From Myxococcota bacterium (GTDB lineage: Bacteria; Myxococcota_A; UBA9042; PHBI01; JAWLBL01): 64,000 nucleotides of DNA. The position numbers and the translations under genes are program-made. The notes below the pieces were generated by a model. It saw nothing but the letters and a program-made list of their open reading frames with translations. It was not told the DNA's origin and ran no database searches. Below are positions 22,968 to 32,702 of this stretch, in pieces. The stretch's first letter is position 1. Every line of letters begins with the position of its first letter. The stretch covers positions 32,074-96,073 of the forward strand of contig JAWLBL010000008.1 in the NCBI GenBank assembly GCA_041687695.1, read 5' to 3'.

Positions 22968-23642
22968 ATGCCCCGCTGCTTCGTCCCGTCGCTGCTCGTC
23001 GCCCTGACCCTGTCGCTGCTCCCCGCCGCGACCTCCGCCGCCGTCCCCGCCAGCGACGCCGTCGTGGCCAAGGCGCGGACCGTCCACGTGGCGCCGCCAG
23101 CGGACCACGCCCTGGTCCTGGTGCTCACCGAGCGCGCCGCCGAAGGCCAGCCCCGGCGCGTCCTTCGTGTCGTGCGCGCGCGCGGCGAGCGCTGGCTCGA
23201 GGTCGAGGCCTTCGGGGCGCCGGTCCCGTGGCCCGTCGAGGAGACGCCGCCGGCCGATCTCCCGCGCCTGACCGACTGGGTCGACTGGCTCCACGCCGGC
23301 CCCAGCGACGCCGTCCTGGCGCAGGCCGGCGTCGATCGCGGCCGCACCTCGCTCGGCCTCGCCGGCCGCACCGTGCTCTGGGTCGTGGGCGCGGGCCCGC
23401 GCGAGCCCGCCCGCCCTCAGGTCGCCATCGAGCGCGCCACCGGGCGCCTCCGGCGTTGGCACACCCCCCTCGTCCAGGTGACCTTCGACGGCGCCGCCCA
23501 CGAGGCGCGCTGGCCCGCCCTCGTCACCTTCACCCGCGACGGGCGACCGCCGCTCGCCTTCGAGCTGACCGAGGTCCGGCTCGTGCCCGACGCGCTGGCC
23601 CCGGCGCCGCCCGCGCCGCGCACGGTCCCGCCCGGGCCGTGA
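22968..23642 (+). CDS. Secreted hypothetical protein
   Basis: Internal ATG of ORF 22638..23642; signal peptide MPRCFVPSLLVALTLSLLPAATSAA; stop overlaps priA start (GTGA). Confidence 0.5.
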   Translation: MPRCFVPSLLVALTLSLLPAATSAAVPASDAVVAKARTVHVAPPADHALVLVLTERAAEGQPRRVLRVVRARGERWLEVEAFGAPVPWPVEETPPADLPRLTDWVDWLHAGPSDAVLAQAGVDRGRTSLGLAGRTVLWVVGAGPREPARPQVAIERATGRLRRWHTPLVQVTFDGAAHEARWPALVTFTRDGRPPLAFELTEVRLVPDALAPAPPAPRTVPPGP

Positions 23643-25879
23643 CGCGCCGCTTCGTCCAGGTCGCGGTCCCGGTCCCGCTGCACCAGACCTTCACCTACGG
23701 CCTGCCGGCCGGCCTCGACGCCCAGCCCGGCGTGCGCGTGCAGGTCCCGTTCGGCCCGCGCCGGCTGGTCGGCCTGGTCGTCGAGCCCCCCAGCGACAGC
23801 CCGTCGGGGGGCTTCGACCCCAAACGCATCCGGGACGTGCTGGCCGTCCTCGACCCGGCCCCGGTGCTCGGCGCCGACCTGCTGGCCCTGTCGCGCTGGT
23901 TGGCCGACTACTACCACGCGCCGCCAGGCGAGGCCTTCCTGCTGCCGCTGCCGCCCGCCATGAGCGGCGGCAAGAAGGGCGAGGCCCGCGAGCACGCACC
24001 CAAGACCGAGTCCATCGCCCGCTTCGTCGCGCGGCCGCCGGACGACGCGCGCCTGGGCGACAAGATGGACGCGGCGCTCAGCTGGCTCGAGACCGTCGGC
24101 GTCGCCAGCCTGCGCGAGGTGCGCGACGCGACCGGCGCCGACCGCGGCGTCATGACGCGGCTCGAGACGCGAGGCCTGGTGACGCTCGAGCAGCGCGAGG
24201 TCGCGCGCGACCCGTTCGCGGCGATGCCGACGACGCCCGACGCGGCGCCGCCGCCGACCGACGAGCAGGCCGCCGCGGTCCAGACCATCTCGGCCAGCTT
24301 CGGCGCCTACCGCGGGCACCTGCTGCACGGCGTGACCGGCAGCGGCAAGACCGAGGTCTACCTGGCCCTCATCGACGACGTCCTGGCCCGCGGCGAGGCC
24401 GCGATCGTGCTGGTGCCCGAGATCGCACTGACCCCGCAGCTGGTCGGCCGCTTCCGCGCGCGCCTGGGCGACCGGGTCGCCGTCCTGCACTCGGGGCTGG
24501 ACCCGGCCGCGCGCCATGAGCAGTGGCTGCGCATCGCCGCCGGTGAGCTGCCCGTCGTCATCGGCGCCCGCTCGGCCCTGTTCGCGCCCACGCCGCGGCT
24601 CGGCCTCATCGTCGTCGACGAGGAGCACGAGCCCAGCTTCAAGCAGGACTCGGCCCCCCGGTATCACGCCCGCGACCTCGCGCTCGTCCGCGGCTCGCTG
24701 GCCGGCGCGCCCGTCGTCCTGGGCAGCGCCACCCCCTCGCTCGAGACCTGGGCCAACGTCGCGCGCGGCAAGCTGACCCGCGTCACCCTGGCCCAGCGCG
24801 TGCACGCCCGCCCGCTGCCCGAGGTCGCGCTGGTCGACCTGCGCACCGCCGAGGTGGCCGACCCCGACGGGATGCTCTCGACCGAGCTCGTCACGGCGCT
24901 GACCGACACGGTCGCGCGCGGCGAGCAGGCCATCCTCTTCCTCAACCGCCGCGGCTTCGCGGCCTTCGTCCTGTGCCGCGCCTGCGGCGCTCGCATGGCC
25001 TGCCCCGCCTGCAGCGTCAGCTACACCTGGCACCGCCGCCGCGCCCGCCTGGTGTGCCACTACTGCGATCGCGTCGAGCCGCTGCCGCCGCGCTGCCCCG
25101 GCTGCCACGACGACGCCCTGCAAGAGGTCGGCTTCGGCACCGAGCGCGCCGAGGCCCTGCTCGAGACCTTGCTCCCGGGCGCGCGCGTCGGCCGCATGGA
25201 CCGCGACACGACACGCGGGCAGGCCCTGCTCTCCCTGCTCGATCGCTTCCGCCGGCGCGAGCTGGACGTCCTGGTCGGCACCCAGATGGTCGCCAAGGGC
25301 CACGACTTCCCTGGCGTCACCCTGGTCGGGGTCCTGCTGGCCGAGCAGGGGCTGGGCATGCCCGATCCGCGCGCCGCCGAGCGCACCTTCCAGCTCCTGA
25401 CCCAGATCGCCGGCCGCGCGGGCCGCGCCGACAAGCCGGGGCGCGTGCTGGTCCAGACCTTCGAGCCGGCCCACTATGCGCTGACCTATGCCGCGCGCCA
25501 CGACGCGACGGGCTTTCTGGATGACGAGCTGGCCCGCCGCCACGAGCGCGCCCTGCCGCCTTGGGCCCACCTGGCCTTGCTGCGCGTCTCGGGGCCCGAT
25601 CGGGATCGGGCCGAGGACGAGGCCCACCGGGTGGCCGAGCTCCTGCACGAGGCGCTGCGCGCCGACTCCGAGGCGCGGCGCGTCTCGGTGGTCATCGGCC
25701 CGCGCCCGGCCATCGTCGAGCGCATCGCCGGCCGCTGGCGCCACCAGATCCTGCTCAAGTCCGGCACCCGCGCCGCGCTGCACGCCACCCTGCGCCGCGC
25801 GACCGCCGCCCTCGACGCGGCGCCCCTGCCGTCGTCCGTGCAGCTGGCGCTGGACGTGGACCCGCTGAGCTTTCTGTAG
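23639..25879 (+). CDS. priA: Primosomal protein N' (replication restart helicase)
   Basis: GTG start; Walker A GVTGSGKTEVYL; DEEHE box; Cys-rich zinc-binding region CRACGARMACPACSVSYTWHRRRARLVCHYCDRVEPLPPRCPGC. Confidence 0.9.
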   Translation: MTRRFVQVAVPVPLHQTFTYGLPAGLDAQPGVRVQVPFGPRRLVGLVVEPPSDSPSGGFDPKRIRDVLAVLDPAPVLGADLLALSRWLADYYHAPPGEAFLLPLPPAMSGGKKGEAREHAPKTESIARFVARPPDDARLGDKMDAALSWLETVGVASLREVRDATGADRGVMTRLETRGLVTLEQREVARDPFAAMPTTPDAAPPPTDEQAAAVQTISASFGAYRGHLLHGVTGSGKTEVYLALIDDVLARGEAAIVLVPEIALTPQLVGRFRARLGDRVAVLHSGLDPAARHEQWLRIAAGELPVVIGARSALFAPTPRLGLIVVDEEHEPSFKQDSAPRYHARDLALVRGSLAGAPVVLGSATPSLETWANVARGKLTRVTLAQRVHARPLPEVALVDLRTAEVADPDGMLSTELVTALTDTVARGEQAILFLNRRGFAAFVLCRACGARMACPACSVSYTWHRRRARLVCHYCDRVEPLPPRCPGCHDDALQEVGFGTERAEALLETLLPGARVGRMDRDTTRGQALLSLLDRFRRRELDVLVGTQMVAKGHDFPGVTLVGVLLAEQGLGMPDPRAAERTFQLLTQIAGRAGRADKPGRVLVQTFEPAHYALTYAARHDATGFLDDELARRHERALPPWAHLALLRVSGPDRDRAEDEAHRVAELLHEALRADSEARRVSVVIGPRPAIVERIAGRWRHQILLKSGTRAALHATLRRATAALDAAPLPSSVQLALDVDPLSFL

Positions 25880-25978
25880 CGGGCGTTCGAAACGCGAAAT
25901 GCGCGGTCGCCGACCCGTTGTCCGGGGAGGCGCCGCGCCGTTCGCTGCAGGGGATGGGGAACCGAAAGGAGCCGGCGA

Positions 25979-26680
25979 TCAGCCGCGCATCACGTACTCG
26001 ACCGCCAGCTCGACCTCTTCGACCATGGCGCCGTTGCCCTTGCCGTCGAGGCGGAAGCTGGTCCACTTCATCGGCCAGGCGTCGATGAATCGATAGGTCG
26101 ACACGTAGGTCTGCCCATCGTCGGCGATGAGGTGGATGGCGCCGGTCTTGCGCGAGACCGAGCCGTCCATCAGCTCCTTGCACCAGTCCCAGAGCTTGGA
26201 GTTGGGCGTGTAGCCCTTGGTCAGCTTGATCGACCCGAACTTCTTCATGCCCGGGCGCTTCTTCGGGTACGGGTCCATGCTGTCGCGCCACTCGATGAGG
26301 TCGAACTCGACCGAGAGGCCGTCGCACTTCTGGAAGCGCCCCGCGTTCAGGCCGTCGATCTCGAGGACGAAGTTGAAGTCGCCCCAATGGTCGTCGACGC
26401 GGTTGTGCTCGCCCTTGCGCTCGAGCGGCGTGATCGTGACGCCCGGCGACTCGTGTCCGTTGGTCCCGCCGCTGGTGGTCGCCAGGTTCGTCTTGGTCAC
26501 GCCGCCGTGGTAGACGCCCGCGGTCCCGCCGTTCGTCGGAGAGAGCGTCGTCTTGGTCACGCCGCCGTGGTACACGCCCGTCGTCGGGACGCCCTTGGGG
26601 GCGCTACCCTGCGTCGGGACGAGCTTCGTCGTCGTCACGGATCGGCCGACCACCTTGTTCCATTGATCGCTGAATCCCAT
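25979..26680 (-). CDS. Phage T4 gp19-like tail-tube family protein (eCIS/Afp tube-like) with N-terminal repeat extension, orphan
   Basis: AGGAG RBS 7 nt upstream of ATG; C-terminal ~140 aa (NFVLEIDGLNAGRFQKCDGLSVEFDLIEWRD…GAIHLIADDGQTYVSTYRFIDAWPMKWTSFRLDGKGNGAMVEEVELAVEYV) matches conserved phage tail-tube (TIGR02241/PF06841-like) pattern; N-terminus carries duplicated GVYHGGVTKT(T/N)L segment; no sheath, baseplate or spike genes nearby. Confidence 0.7.
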   Translation of the reverse strand: MGFSDQWNKVVGRSVTTTKLVPTQGSAPKGVPTTGVYHGGVTKTTLSPTNGGTAGVYHGGVTKTNLATTSGGTNGHESPGVTITPLERKGEHNRVDDHWGDFNFVLEIDGLNAGRFQKCDGLSVEFDLIEWRDSMDPYPKKRPGMKKFGSIKLTKGYTPNSKLWDWCKELMDGSVSRKTGAIHLIADDGQTYVSTYRFIDAWPMKWTSFRLDGKGNGAMVEEVELAVEYVMRG

Positions 26681-26791
26681 CGGGTCCTGCTCCTATCCCC
26701 TGGAGAGTGGTCGGACAGCGCGCACGGATGGGAGGATAGATCGGGCCAGTTCCAGGATGCAAGCGGTCCAACCTCGTTGTATCGTGCGCGC

Positions 26792-27862
26792 ATGGATCAC
26801 CCTGTCGACACTGACGAAATCCGTCTGACCACCCTGGTCACGACCGGCGGTTGAGCGGCCAAGCTGGGTCCGGCGGACCTGGCCCGCGTCCTCGAACGCC
26901 TCCCGGTCGCGACCGACCCCCGCGTGCTCGTGGGGTTCGGTCACAGCGACGACGCCGCGGTGTATCTCGCGGCGCCGGATCTGGCCGTGGTGCAGTCCAT
27001 CGACATCTTCGGGCCCGTCGTCGACGACCCGTTCGACTTCGGGCGCATCGCGGCCGCCAACGCGCTCAGCGACCTGTACGCCATGGGCGTCGAGCCGGCG
27101 TTCGCCCTGGCCTTCGTCGGCTTCCCGATGGGCGATCTGCCCGAGAGCGTGCTCGAGGCGATCCTCGCCGGCGGCGCCGAGGCGTGTCGGCAGGCCGGCG
27201 CGTCGATCATCGGCGGCCACTCCATCCGCGACAAGGAGCCCAAGTACGGCCTCGCCGTCACCGGCTTCGGGCGCCCCGACGCGATCGTCACCAACGCGGG
27301 CGGCCGCCCGGGCGACGCCCTGGTCCTCACCAAGCCCCTGGGCTCGGGCATCCTGACCACCGCGCTCAAGCGCCAGCTGCTCGGCCCCGACGCCGTCCGC
27401 GACGTCACCGAGCTGATGGCCACCCTCAACCGCGGCGCTTCGGCCGCCGCGCGCGCCGCCGGCGTCCACGCGATGACCGACGTGACCGGCTTCGGCCTGC
27501 TGGGCCACCTCGCCGAGCTGGCGCGCGCCTCGGGCGTCGCCGCCGAGGTGGACGCCGCCGCCGTGCCGCTGCTGCCCGGCGTCCTGACCTTCGCGGGCTC
27601 CGGCGTCGTGCCGGGGGGCAGCCGCCGCAACCTCACCGATCTGGGCCCGGCCGTCCGGTTCGACGACGCGGTGCCCGAGCCGCTGCGCCTCGCGCTCGGC
27701 GACGCCCAGACCTCGGGCGGGCTGCTCATCGCCGTCGCCCCCGAGCGCCTCCCCGCGCTGCTGGCCGGCCTGGGCCCGCCCCACTCCCCGGCCGCCGCCG
27801 TCATCGGCCGCCTCGTCGCGCGGGCGCACCCCGACACCGCGCCCCTCATCCACGTCCGCTAG
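26792..27862 (+). CDS. selD: Selenide, water dikinase (selenophosphate synthetase), selenocysteine-containing form with in-frame TGA at 26852..26854
   Basis: ORF track starts at 26924 (GTG), but reading the same frame upstream gives MDHPVDTDEIRLTTLVTTGG-[TGA]-AAKLGPADLARVLERL… which aligns with E. coli SelD [25 protein letters not shown]; the TGA sits exactly at the catalytic Cys/Sec position; rest of protein (DDAAVY…, GGHSIRDKEPKYGLAVTG, MTDVTGFGLLGH) is typical SelD. Confidence 0.85.
26857..26884 (+). other. Candidate SECIS-like stem-loop immediately 3' of the selD UGA
   Basis: GGCCAagctgGGTCCggcGGACCTGGCC forms outer 5-bp and inner 5-bp stems starting 3 nt after the TGA; no fold computed. 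Confidence 0.3.
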
Positions 27863-27952
27863 CGTCGCCGCCCGCTGCTCGCGCATTGTCGTTTGTGGCG
27901 AGCCCTGACAAGCTGCTAGCCTATCGCGCCCGGACGAGGCGGAGGAGCTTCG

Positions 27953-30058
27953 ATGAGGACGAGACCGTGGGCGGCGGCGTCCGCCCTGGCCCTGCTGTTG
28001 GCGACCGCGCTGCACGCGTGCAGCGACGGGTCGAACCCGGGCCCCTGTGATCCCAGCGAGCCGTTCTGCCTGACCGAGGCGGCCGATCTCGAGGTCGAGC
28101 CGGTCGACCGCGTGGTCCTCGTGTCCAACGAGGCCGTGCCGCAGGGCGACTCGCTCGAGCAGGTCGTCCGCCTCGTCAATACCGGCGACGGCACCCTGCA
28201 GGTCAGCTCGGTGCAGCTCGAGTACGCGCCGCCCGCGGGCGCGTCCGATGGCGCCAAGCCCGCCTTCACCCTGGTCGATCCGGTCTTTTCGTTTCCGGCC
28301 AAGGTGCACACCCTCGGCGGCGCCGACTTCCCGCAGGGCGTCGAGCTGCGCGTCGTCTACACCCGCCCGCCGGACAGCGCGCCCCGCTCGGGCCGCCTGG
28401 TCATCAAGTCGAACGACCCGGTCGAGCCGACGGTCACCGTCGATCTCCGCGCCGAGGCGGGCTCGCCGGTCCTGACGACCGACAAGAAGACCCTCGACTT
28501 CAAGCTCGTCCCGATGGACGAGGCCCACAGCTTCAAGCTCAACCTCCTCAACATCGGCACGATGCCGCTCAACGTCAGCGGCTTCGCCCTCGCCGGCGAC
28601 ATCCGCTTCGGCGCCAAGGGGCCGGGCTTCGACATCGGCGGCGGGCCCAACAAGATCCGCTCGATCGATCTGCCGCAGGCCATCCCGGTCCCGGCCGGCG
28701 AGACCCGCAGCGTCGACGTGACCTTCGCCTCCGACGCCCCGACCCCCGCCGAAGGCGTCCTGCGCATCTTCTCGAACGACCCCGGCTCGGGCGCGACGGG
28801 CTACGAGGTCAACCTGGTGGCCAACAAGTCCGGCCCCTGCGTCCAGATCTCGCCACGCAACGTGCAGTTCGGCGGCAAGCTGGTCGGCTCGGTGGCCACC
28901 ATCGACGTCGAAGTCACCAGCTGCGGGTCCGAGCCGCTGAGGATCACGTCCTTCGCCATCGACCCGGCGTCCTCCTCGGACTTCGGCGTCAACACCAGCA
29001 AGCTCCCCGTCGGCACGCCCGAGGGGGGGCCGACCGAGGCCGCGCCCCTGGTGGTGCCGGTCAACGAGAGCGTCGTCATCGGCGTCGACTTCGTCCCGGA
29101 CGAGGTCAACCCCAAGGACGCCGACAACAAGCCCATCCCGGACACGGGGACGCTCCTCATCCAGTCGAACGCCTTCGAGTCGCTGGCGAAGATCCCGCTC
29201 AGCGGGGCCGGCGCGGAGAGCGAGTGCCCGGTGCCGGTCATCAAGGTCGCCGAGGGCGACGAGGTCATCCCGCAGACGGTCCTGCACCTCGACGGCCGGC
29301 AGAGCTATGCCGCTTTCGGCGGCATCGTCCAGTACCAGTGGTCCGTCGCGCAGCCCGACGGCAGCCAGTCGACGCTGGTCCCGTCGGTCACCGACCCGCA
29401 GCCGGTGTTCGAGGCCAACGTCGTGGGCGTGTACACGTTCAAGCTCGACGTCTGGGACGAGAGCAACACCAAGTCCTGCGAGTCCGCCGAGTACCAGGTC
29501 CTGGTGCAGCCCGATCAGGCCATCCACGTCGAGCTGACCTGGGTGACGCCCGGCGACGCCGACGAGACCGACACCGGCGAGGGCAAGGGCAGCGACATGG
29601 ATCTGCACTTCGCGCATCCCAACGCGACGGGCCCCGATCTGGACGGCGACGGCGCGCCCGACCCCTGGTTCGACGAGCAGTGGGACGCCTTCTGGTACAA
29701 CCCCAACCCCAACTGGGGCAGCTTCGACCCCAACGCCAACGACGACCCGTCGCTCGACCGCGACGACACCGACGGCGCCGGGCCCGAGAACCTGAACCTG
29801 GGCGTGCCCGAGGAGGTGGGCTACCGCGTCGCCGTGCACTACTGGGACGACCACGGCTTCGGCGACGCCCTCGCCTCGGTGCGCATCTACTCCTACGCGA
29901 CCCTCATCTACGAGCGGCTGGACGTGCCGCTCAACGAGCGCGACCTGTGGTGCGTCGGCGAGGTGCTGTGGCCCGAGGCCGAGGTCGTCGACTGCGGCGA
30001 CGTCGAGGGCGGGATCATCGTCCCCGACTACGTGAACCCGTTCTTCCTCCAGCCTTGA
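27953..30058 (+). CDS. Large secreted lipoprotein with multiple beta-sandwich/Ig-like segments
   Basis: 701 aa; signal peptide plus lipobox LLLATALHACS; repeated ~100-aa beta-rich segments; D/N-rich, probably Ca-binding, C-terminal region. Confidence 0.7.
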   Translation: MRTRPWAAASALALLLATALHACSDGSNPGPCDPSEPFCLTEAADLEVEPVDRVVLVSNEAVPQGDSLEQVVRLVNTGDGTLQVSSVQLEYAPPAGASDGAKPAFTLVDPVFSFPAKVHTLGGADFPQGVELRVVYTRPPDSAPRSGRLVIKSNDPVEPTVTVDLRAEAGSPVLTTDKKTLDFKLVPMDEAHSFKLNLLNIGTMPLNVSGFALAGDIRFGAKGPGFDIGGGPNKIRSIDLPQAIPVPAGETRSVDVTFASDAPTPAEGVLRIFSNDPGSGATGYEVNLVANKSGPCVQISPRNVQFGGKLVGSVATIDVEVTSCGSEPLRITSFAIDPASSSDFGVNTSKLPVGTPEGGPTEAAPLVVPVNESVVIGVDFVPDEVNPKDADNKPIPDTGTLLIQSNAFESLAKIPLSGAGAESECPVPVIKVAEGDEVIPQTVLHLDGRQSYAAFGGIVQYQWSVAQPDGSQSTLVPSVTDPQPVFEANVVGVYTFKLDVWDESNTKSCESAEYQVLVQPDQAIHVELTWVTPGDADETDTGEGKGSDMDLHFAHPNATGPDLDGDGAPDPWFDEQWDAFWYNPNPNWGSFDPNANDDPSLDRDDTDGAGPENLNLGVPEEVGYRVAVHYWDDHGFGDALASVRIYSYATLIYERLDVPLNERDLWCVGEVLWPEAEVVDCGDVEGGIIVPDYVNPFFLQP

Positions 30059-30063
30059 GGCGC

Positions 30064-31449
30064 ATGCTGCATCGCAGCATGGGGGCGTGGGGTATCGCCG
30101 TCGCCGTCGCCGTCGCCGGATGCGCGACCGACGGCACGCCGCGCGAGCAGCGCTCGGCCGCCGACCGGCTGGCCGAGCTCGAGGCCCCGGCGTTGAAGCC
30201 GGTCGAGCCCGCGCCCCTCGGGGCGGCCGGCGTGGTCGTCATGCGCAACGCGGTCGTGTGGACCGCCGCGGGGCAGCGGCACGACCCCGGCTTCGTGGTG
30301 CTGCGCGGCGAGCGCATCGAGGCCGTCGGAGCGGGCGAGCCGCCGGCCGTGGCGGGGGCGCACGTCATCGACGTCGAGCGGCGCTTCGTGACGCCCGGCC
30401 TCATCGACACGCACTCGCACCTGGGCGTCTACCCGTCGCCGTCGGCCCGCGCCCACGCCGACGGCAACGAGATGACCAGCCCCAACACGGCGGACGTCTG
30501 GGCCGAGCACGGCTCGTGGCCTCAGGATCCCGGCTTTCAGCGGGCCCTCGCGGGAGGCGTCACCACGCTGCAGGTGCTGGAGGGGTCGGCCAACCTCATC
30601 GGCGGACGCGCGGTGACGCTGCGGACGGTCCCGGCCCGGGGCACGCGGGCGATGAAGTTCCCGGGGGCGCCGGTCGGCGTGAAGATGGCCTGCGGAGAGA
30701 ACCCCAAGCGCGTGTACGGCGGCCGCAACCAAGCGCCGCAGACGCGCATGGCCAACGTCCGGGGGCAGCGGCAGGCCTTCTTGAAGGCCCAGAAGCTGGT
30801 GCGCGAGCTCGAGGCCGGCAAGACGCCGGAGCGCGATCTGGCCAGCGAGACGCTGGCGGGCCTTCTGACCGGACGCCTCGTCGCGCACGTCCACTGCTAC
30901 CGCGCGGACGACATGCTGGCCTTCTTGGCCATCGCCGACGAGTTCGGCTTCCAGGTGCGCTCGTTCCACCACGCGCTCGAGGCCTACAAGATCGCGGACG
31001 TTTTGGCGGCGCGCGGCATCTCGGTGTCGACCTGGGCCGACTGGTGGGGCTCCAAGCTCGAGATGTTCGACGGCGTCCCCGACAACGCCGCCCTGGTGGC
31101 GGCGGCGGGCGGGCGGGCCATCATCCACTCGGACTCGTCCAGGGACATCCAGCGGCTCAACCAGGAGGCGGCCAAGGCCCTGGTCGCCGGCCAGCGCGCC
31201 GGGCTGCGCCTGACCGAAGAGGACGCGCTGCGCTGGGTCACAGCCAACCCGGCCTGGGCGCTGGGCATCGACGGGCAGACGGGCACGCTCGAGGCGGGCA
31301 AGCGCGCGGACGTGGTCGTCTGGGACGGGCACCCGCTGAGCGTGTACGGGCAGGCGCGCTGGGTCTTCGTCGACGGCGCGCTGAGGTACGACCGGACGCG
31401 GCCCGGCGCGCCCTGGAGCGACTTCGAGCTGGGGCAGGGCGCGCCGTGA
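30064..31449 (+). CDS. Amidohydrolase-family metal-dependent hydrolase (lipoprotein)
   Basis: Internal ATG of ORF 29224..31449; lipobox VAVAGC; HSH metal-binding motif (TPGLIDTHSHLG) and downstream His/Asp residues typical of PF01979. Confidence 0.8.
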   Translation: MLHRSMGAWGIAVAVAVAGCATDGTPREQRSAADRLAELEAPALKPVEPAPLGAAGVVVMRNAVVWTAAGQRHDPGFVVLRGERIEAVGAGEPPAVAGAHVIDVERRFVTPGLIDTHSHLGVYPSPSARAHADGNEMTSPNTADVWAEHGSWPQDPGFQRALAGGVTTLQVLEGSANLIGGRAVTLRTVPARGTRAMKFPGAPVGVKMACGENPKRVYGGRNQAPQTRMANVRGQRQAFLKAQKLVRELEAGKTPERDLASETLAGLLTGRLVAHVHCYRADDMLAFLAIADEFGFQVRSFHHALEAYKIADVLAARGISVSTWADWWGSKLEMFDGVPDNAALVAAAGGRAIIHSDSSRDIQRLNQEAAKALVAGQRAGLRLTEEDALRWVTANPAWALGIDGQTGTLEAGKRADVVVWDGHPLSVYGQARWVFVDGALRYDRTRPGAPWSDFELGQGAP

Positions 31450-32699
31450 TGTTGCAGTGCGTCATGGCCGGGCTGATCGCCCTGCTGGGGGCCGTCGAGC
31501 CGCCGTGCACGGCATTGACCGGCGGACGTGTCTTCGCCGAGGGGCGGCTGCAAGAGGGGCTGACCGTCGTCATCGAGGGCGAGCGGGTAGCGGCGGTGGC
31601 CGCGGGCGCGGTGGCGCCGGCGCGGTGTCGGACGCTGGACGTGTCGGGCCAGGTGGTCACGCCGGGGCTCATCGATCCGTTCACCCGGTTGGGTGCGCTC
31701 GAGGTCCCGCTCGAGCCGGCGACGGTCGACCACGACGCTGGCGCCGCGGCCGGCCCGGTGAGGGCCGCCTTCCAGGTCGCCGACGCCTACAACCCGCGCT
31801 CGGTGCTCATCCCGGTCGCCCGCCGCGAGGGCGTGACCGCCGTGCTCACCCTCCCGGTCGGCGGCGTGGTCAGCGGACGGTCGGCCTTCGCCGAGCTGGA
31901 CGGCGCGACGCAGCGGCAGGCCGTGCGGCGTTCCGTGACCGCTCTGCACGCGAGCATCGGTGGCGGCGACGGCTCGCGGGCCGCCTCCTGGGCGCTGCTG
32001 CGCCAGCTGTTCGAGGAGGCCGCGCTCTTCCAGCGGACGCGCGCCCAGTGGGAGCGCAACGCCAGCCGGCCCTTCGCCAACCACTGGCGTGACCTCGAGG
32101 CGGTCCAGGCCGCGCTCGCGCGCGAGGTCCCGCTGGTCGTGCAGGCCGACCGCGCCTCGGACATCGAGGCCGCGCTGGCGCTGGCGCGGGCCCACGACCT
32201 GCGGCTGGTCGTCGCCGGCGGCGCCGAGGCGTGGCTGCTGGCGGACGCCCTGGCCGAGCGGCGCGTCGGCGTCATCGTCGACCCGCTGCTCTATGGGCCC
32301 GGGAGCTTCGACCAGGTGCACGCGCGCGTGGACAACGCGGCCATGCTGCGGGCGCGGGGGGTGCCCGTGATGCTCAGCACCTTCGACGCGCACAACGTCC
32401 GGCGGCTGCGGCAGATCGCGGGGAACGCGGTGCGCGGCGGGCTGCCCTGGGAGGCGGCGCTCGAGGCCATCACCAGGACGCCGGCCGAGGTGTTCGGCTG
32501 GCCCGACCAGGGACGGCTGCAAGCCGGCGCGGTCGCGAACGTGGTCGTCTGGAGCGGCGACCCGCTGGAGCTGTCGACGCGGGCCGAGCGGGTGTTCGTC
32601 CGGGGGCGCGAGGTGTCGCTGGAGACACGCCAGACGAAGCTGCGCGACCGTTACCTGACGTTGCCGGGGACGCCGGCGCCGCCGCTGCCGCTGCCTTGA
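31449..32699 (+). CDS. Amidohydrolase-family protein (second member of adjacent pair)
   Basis: C-terminal part of ORF 30087..32699; ATG overlapping upstream stop (TGATG); amidohydrolase-like composite-domain signature, less canonical. Confidence 0.75.
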   Translation: MLQCVMAGLIALLGAVEPPCTALTGGRVFAEGRLQEGLTVVIEGERVAAVAAGAVAPARCRTLDVSGQVVTPGLIDPFTRLGALEVPLEPATVDHDAGAAAGPVRAAFQVADAYNPRSVLIPVARREGVTAVLTLPVGGVVSGRSAFAELDGATQRQAVRRSVTALHASIGGGDGSRAASWALLRQLFEEAALFQRTRAQWERNASRPFANHWRDLEAVQAALAREVPLVVQADRASDIEAALALARAHDLRLVVAGGAEAWLLADALAERRVGVIVDPLLYGPGSFDQVHARVDNAAMLRARGVPVMLSTFDAHNVRRLRQIAGNAVRGGLPWEAALEAITRTPAEVFGWPDQGRLQAGAVANVVVWSGDPLELSTRAERVFVRGREVSLETRQTKLRDRYLTLPGTPAPPLPLP

Positions 32700-32702
32700 G
32701 CG

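Noticed and set aside
26851-28050. 399-aa plus-strand ORF starting at TTG 26851
   Set aside because: Out-of-frame overlap of selD; its TTG 'start' is created by the sequence around the selD TGA(Sec) codon; R/G/P-rich translation
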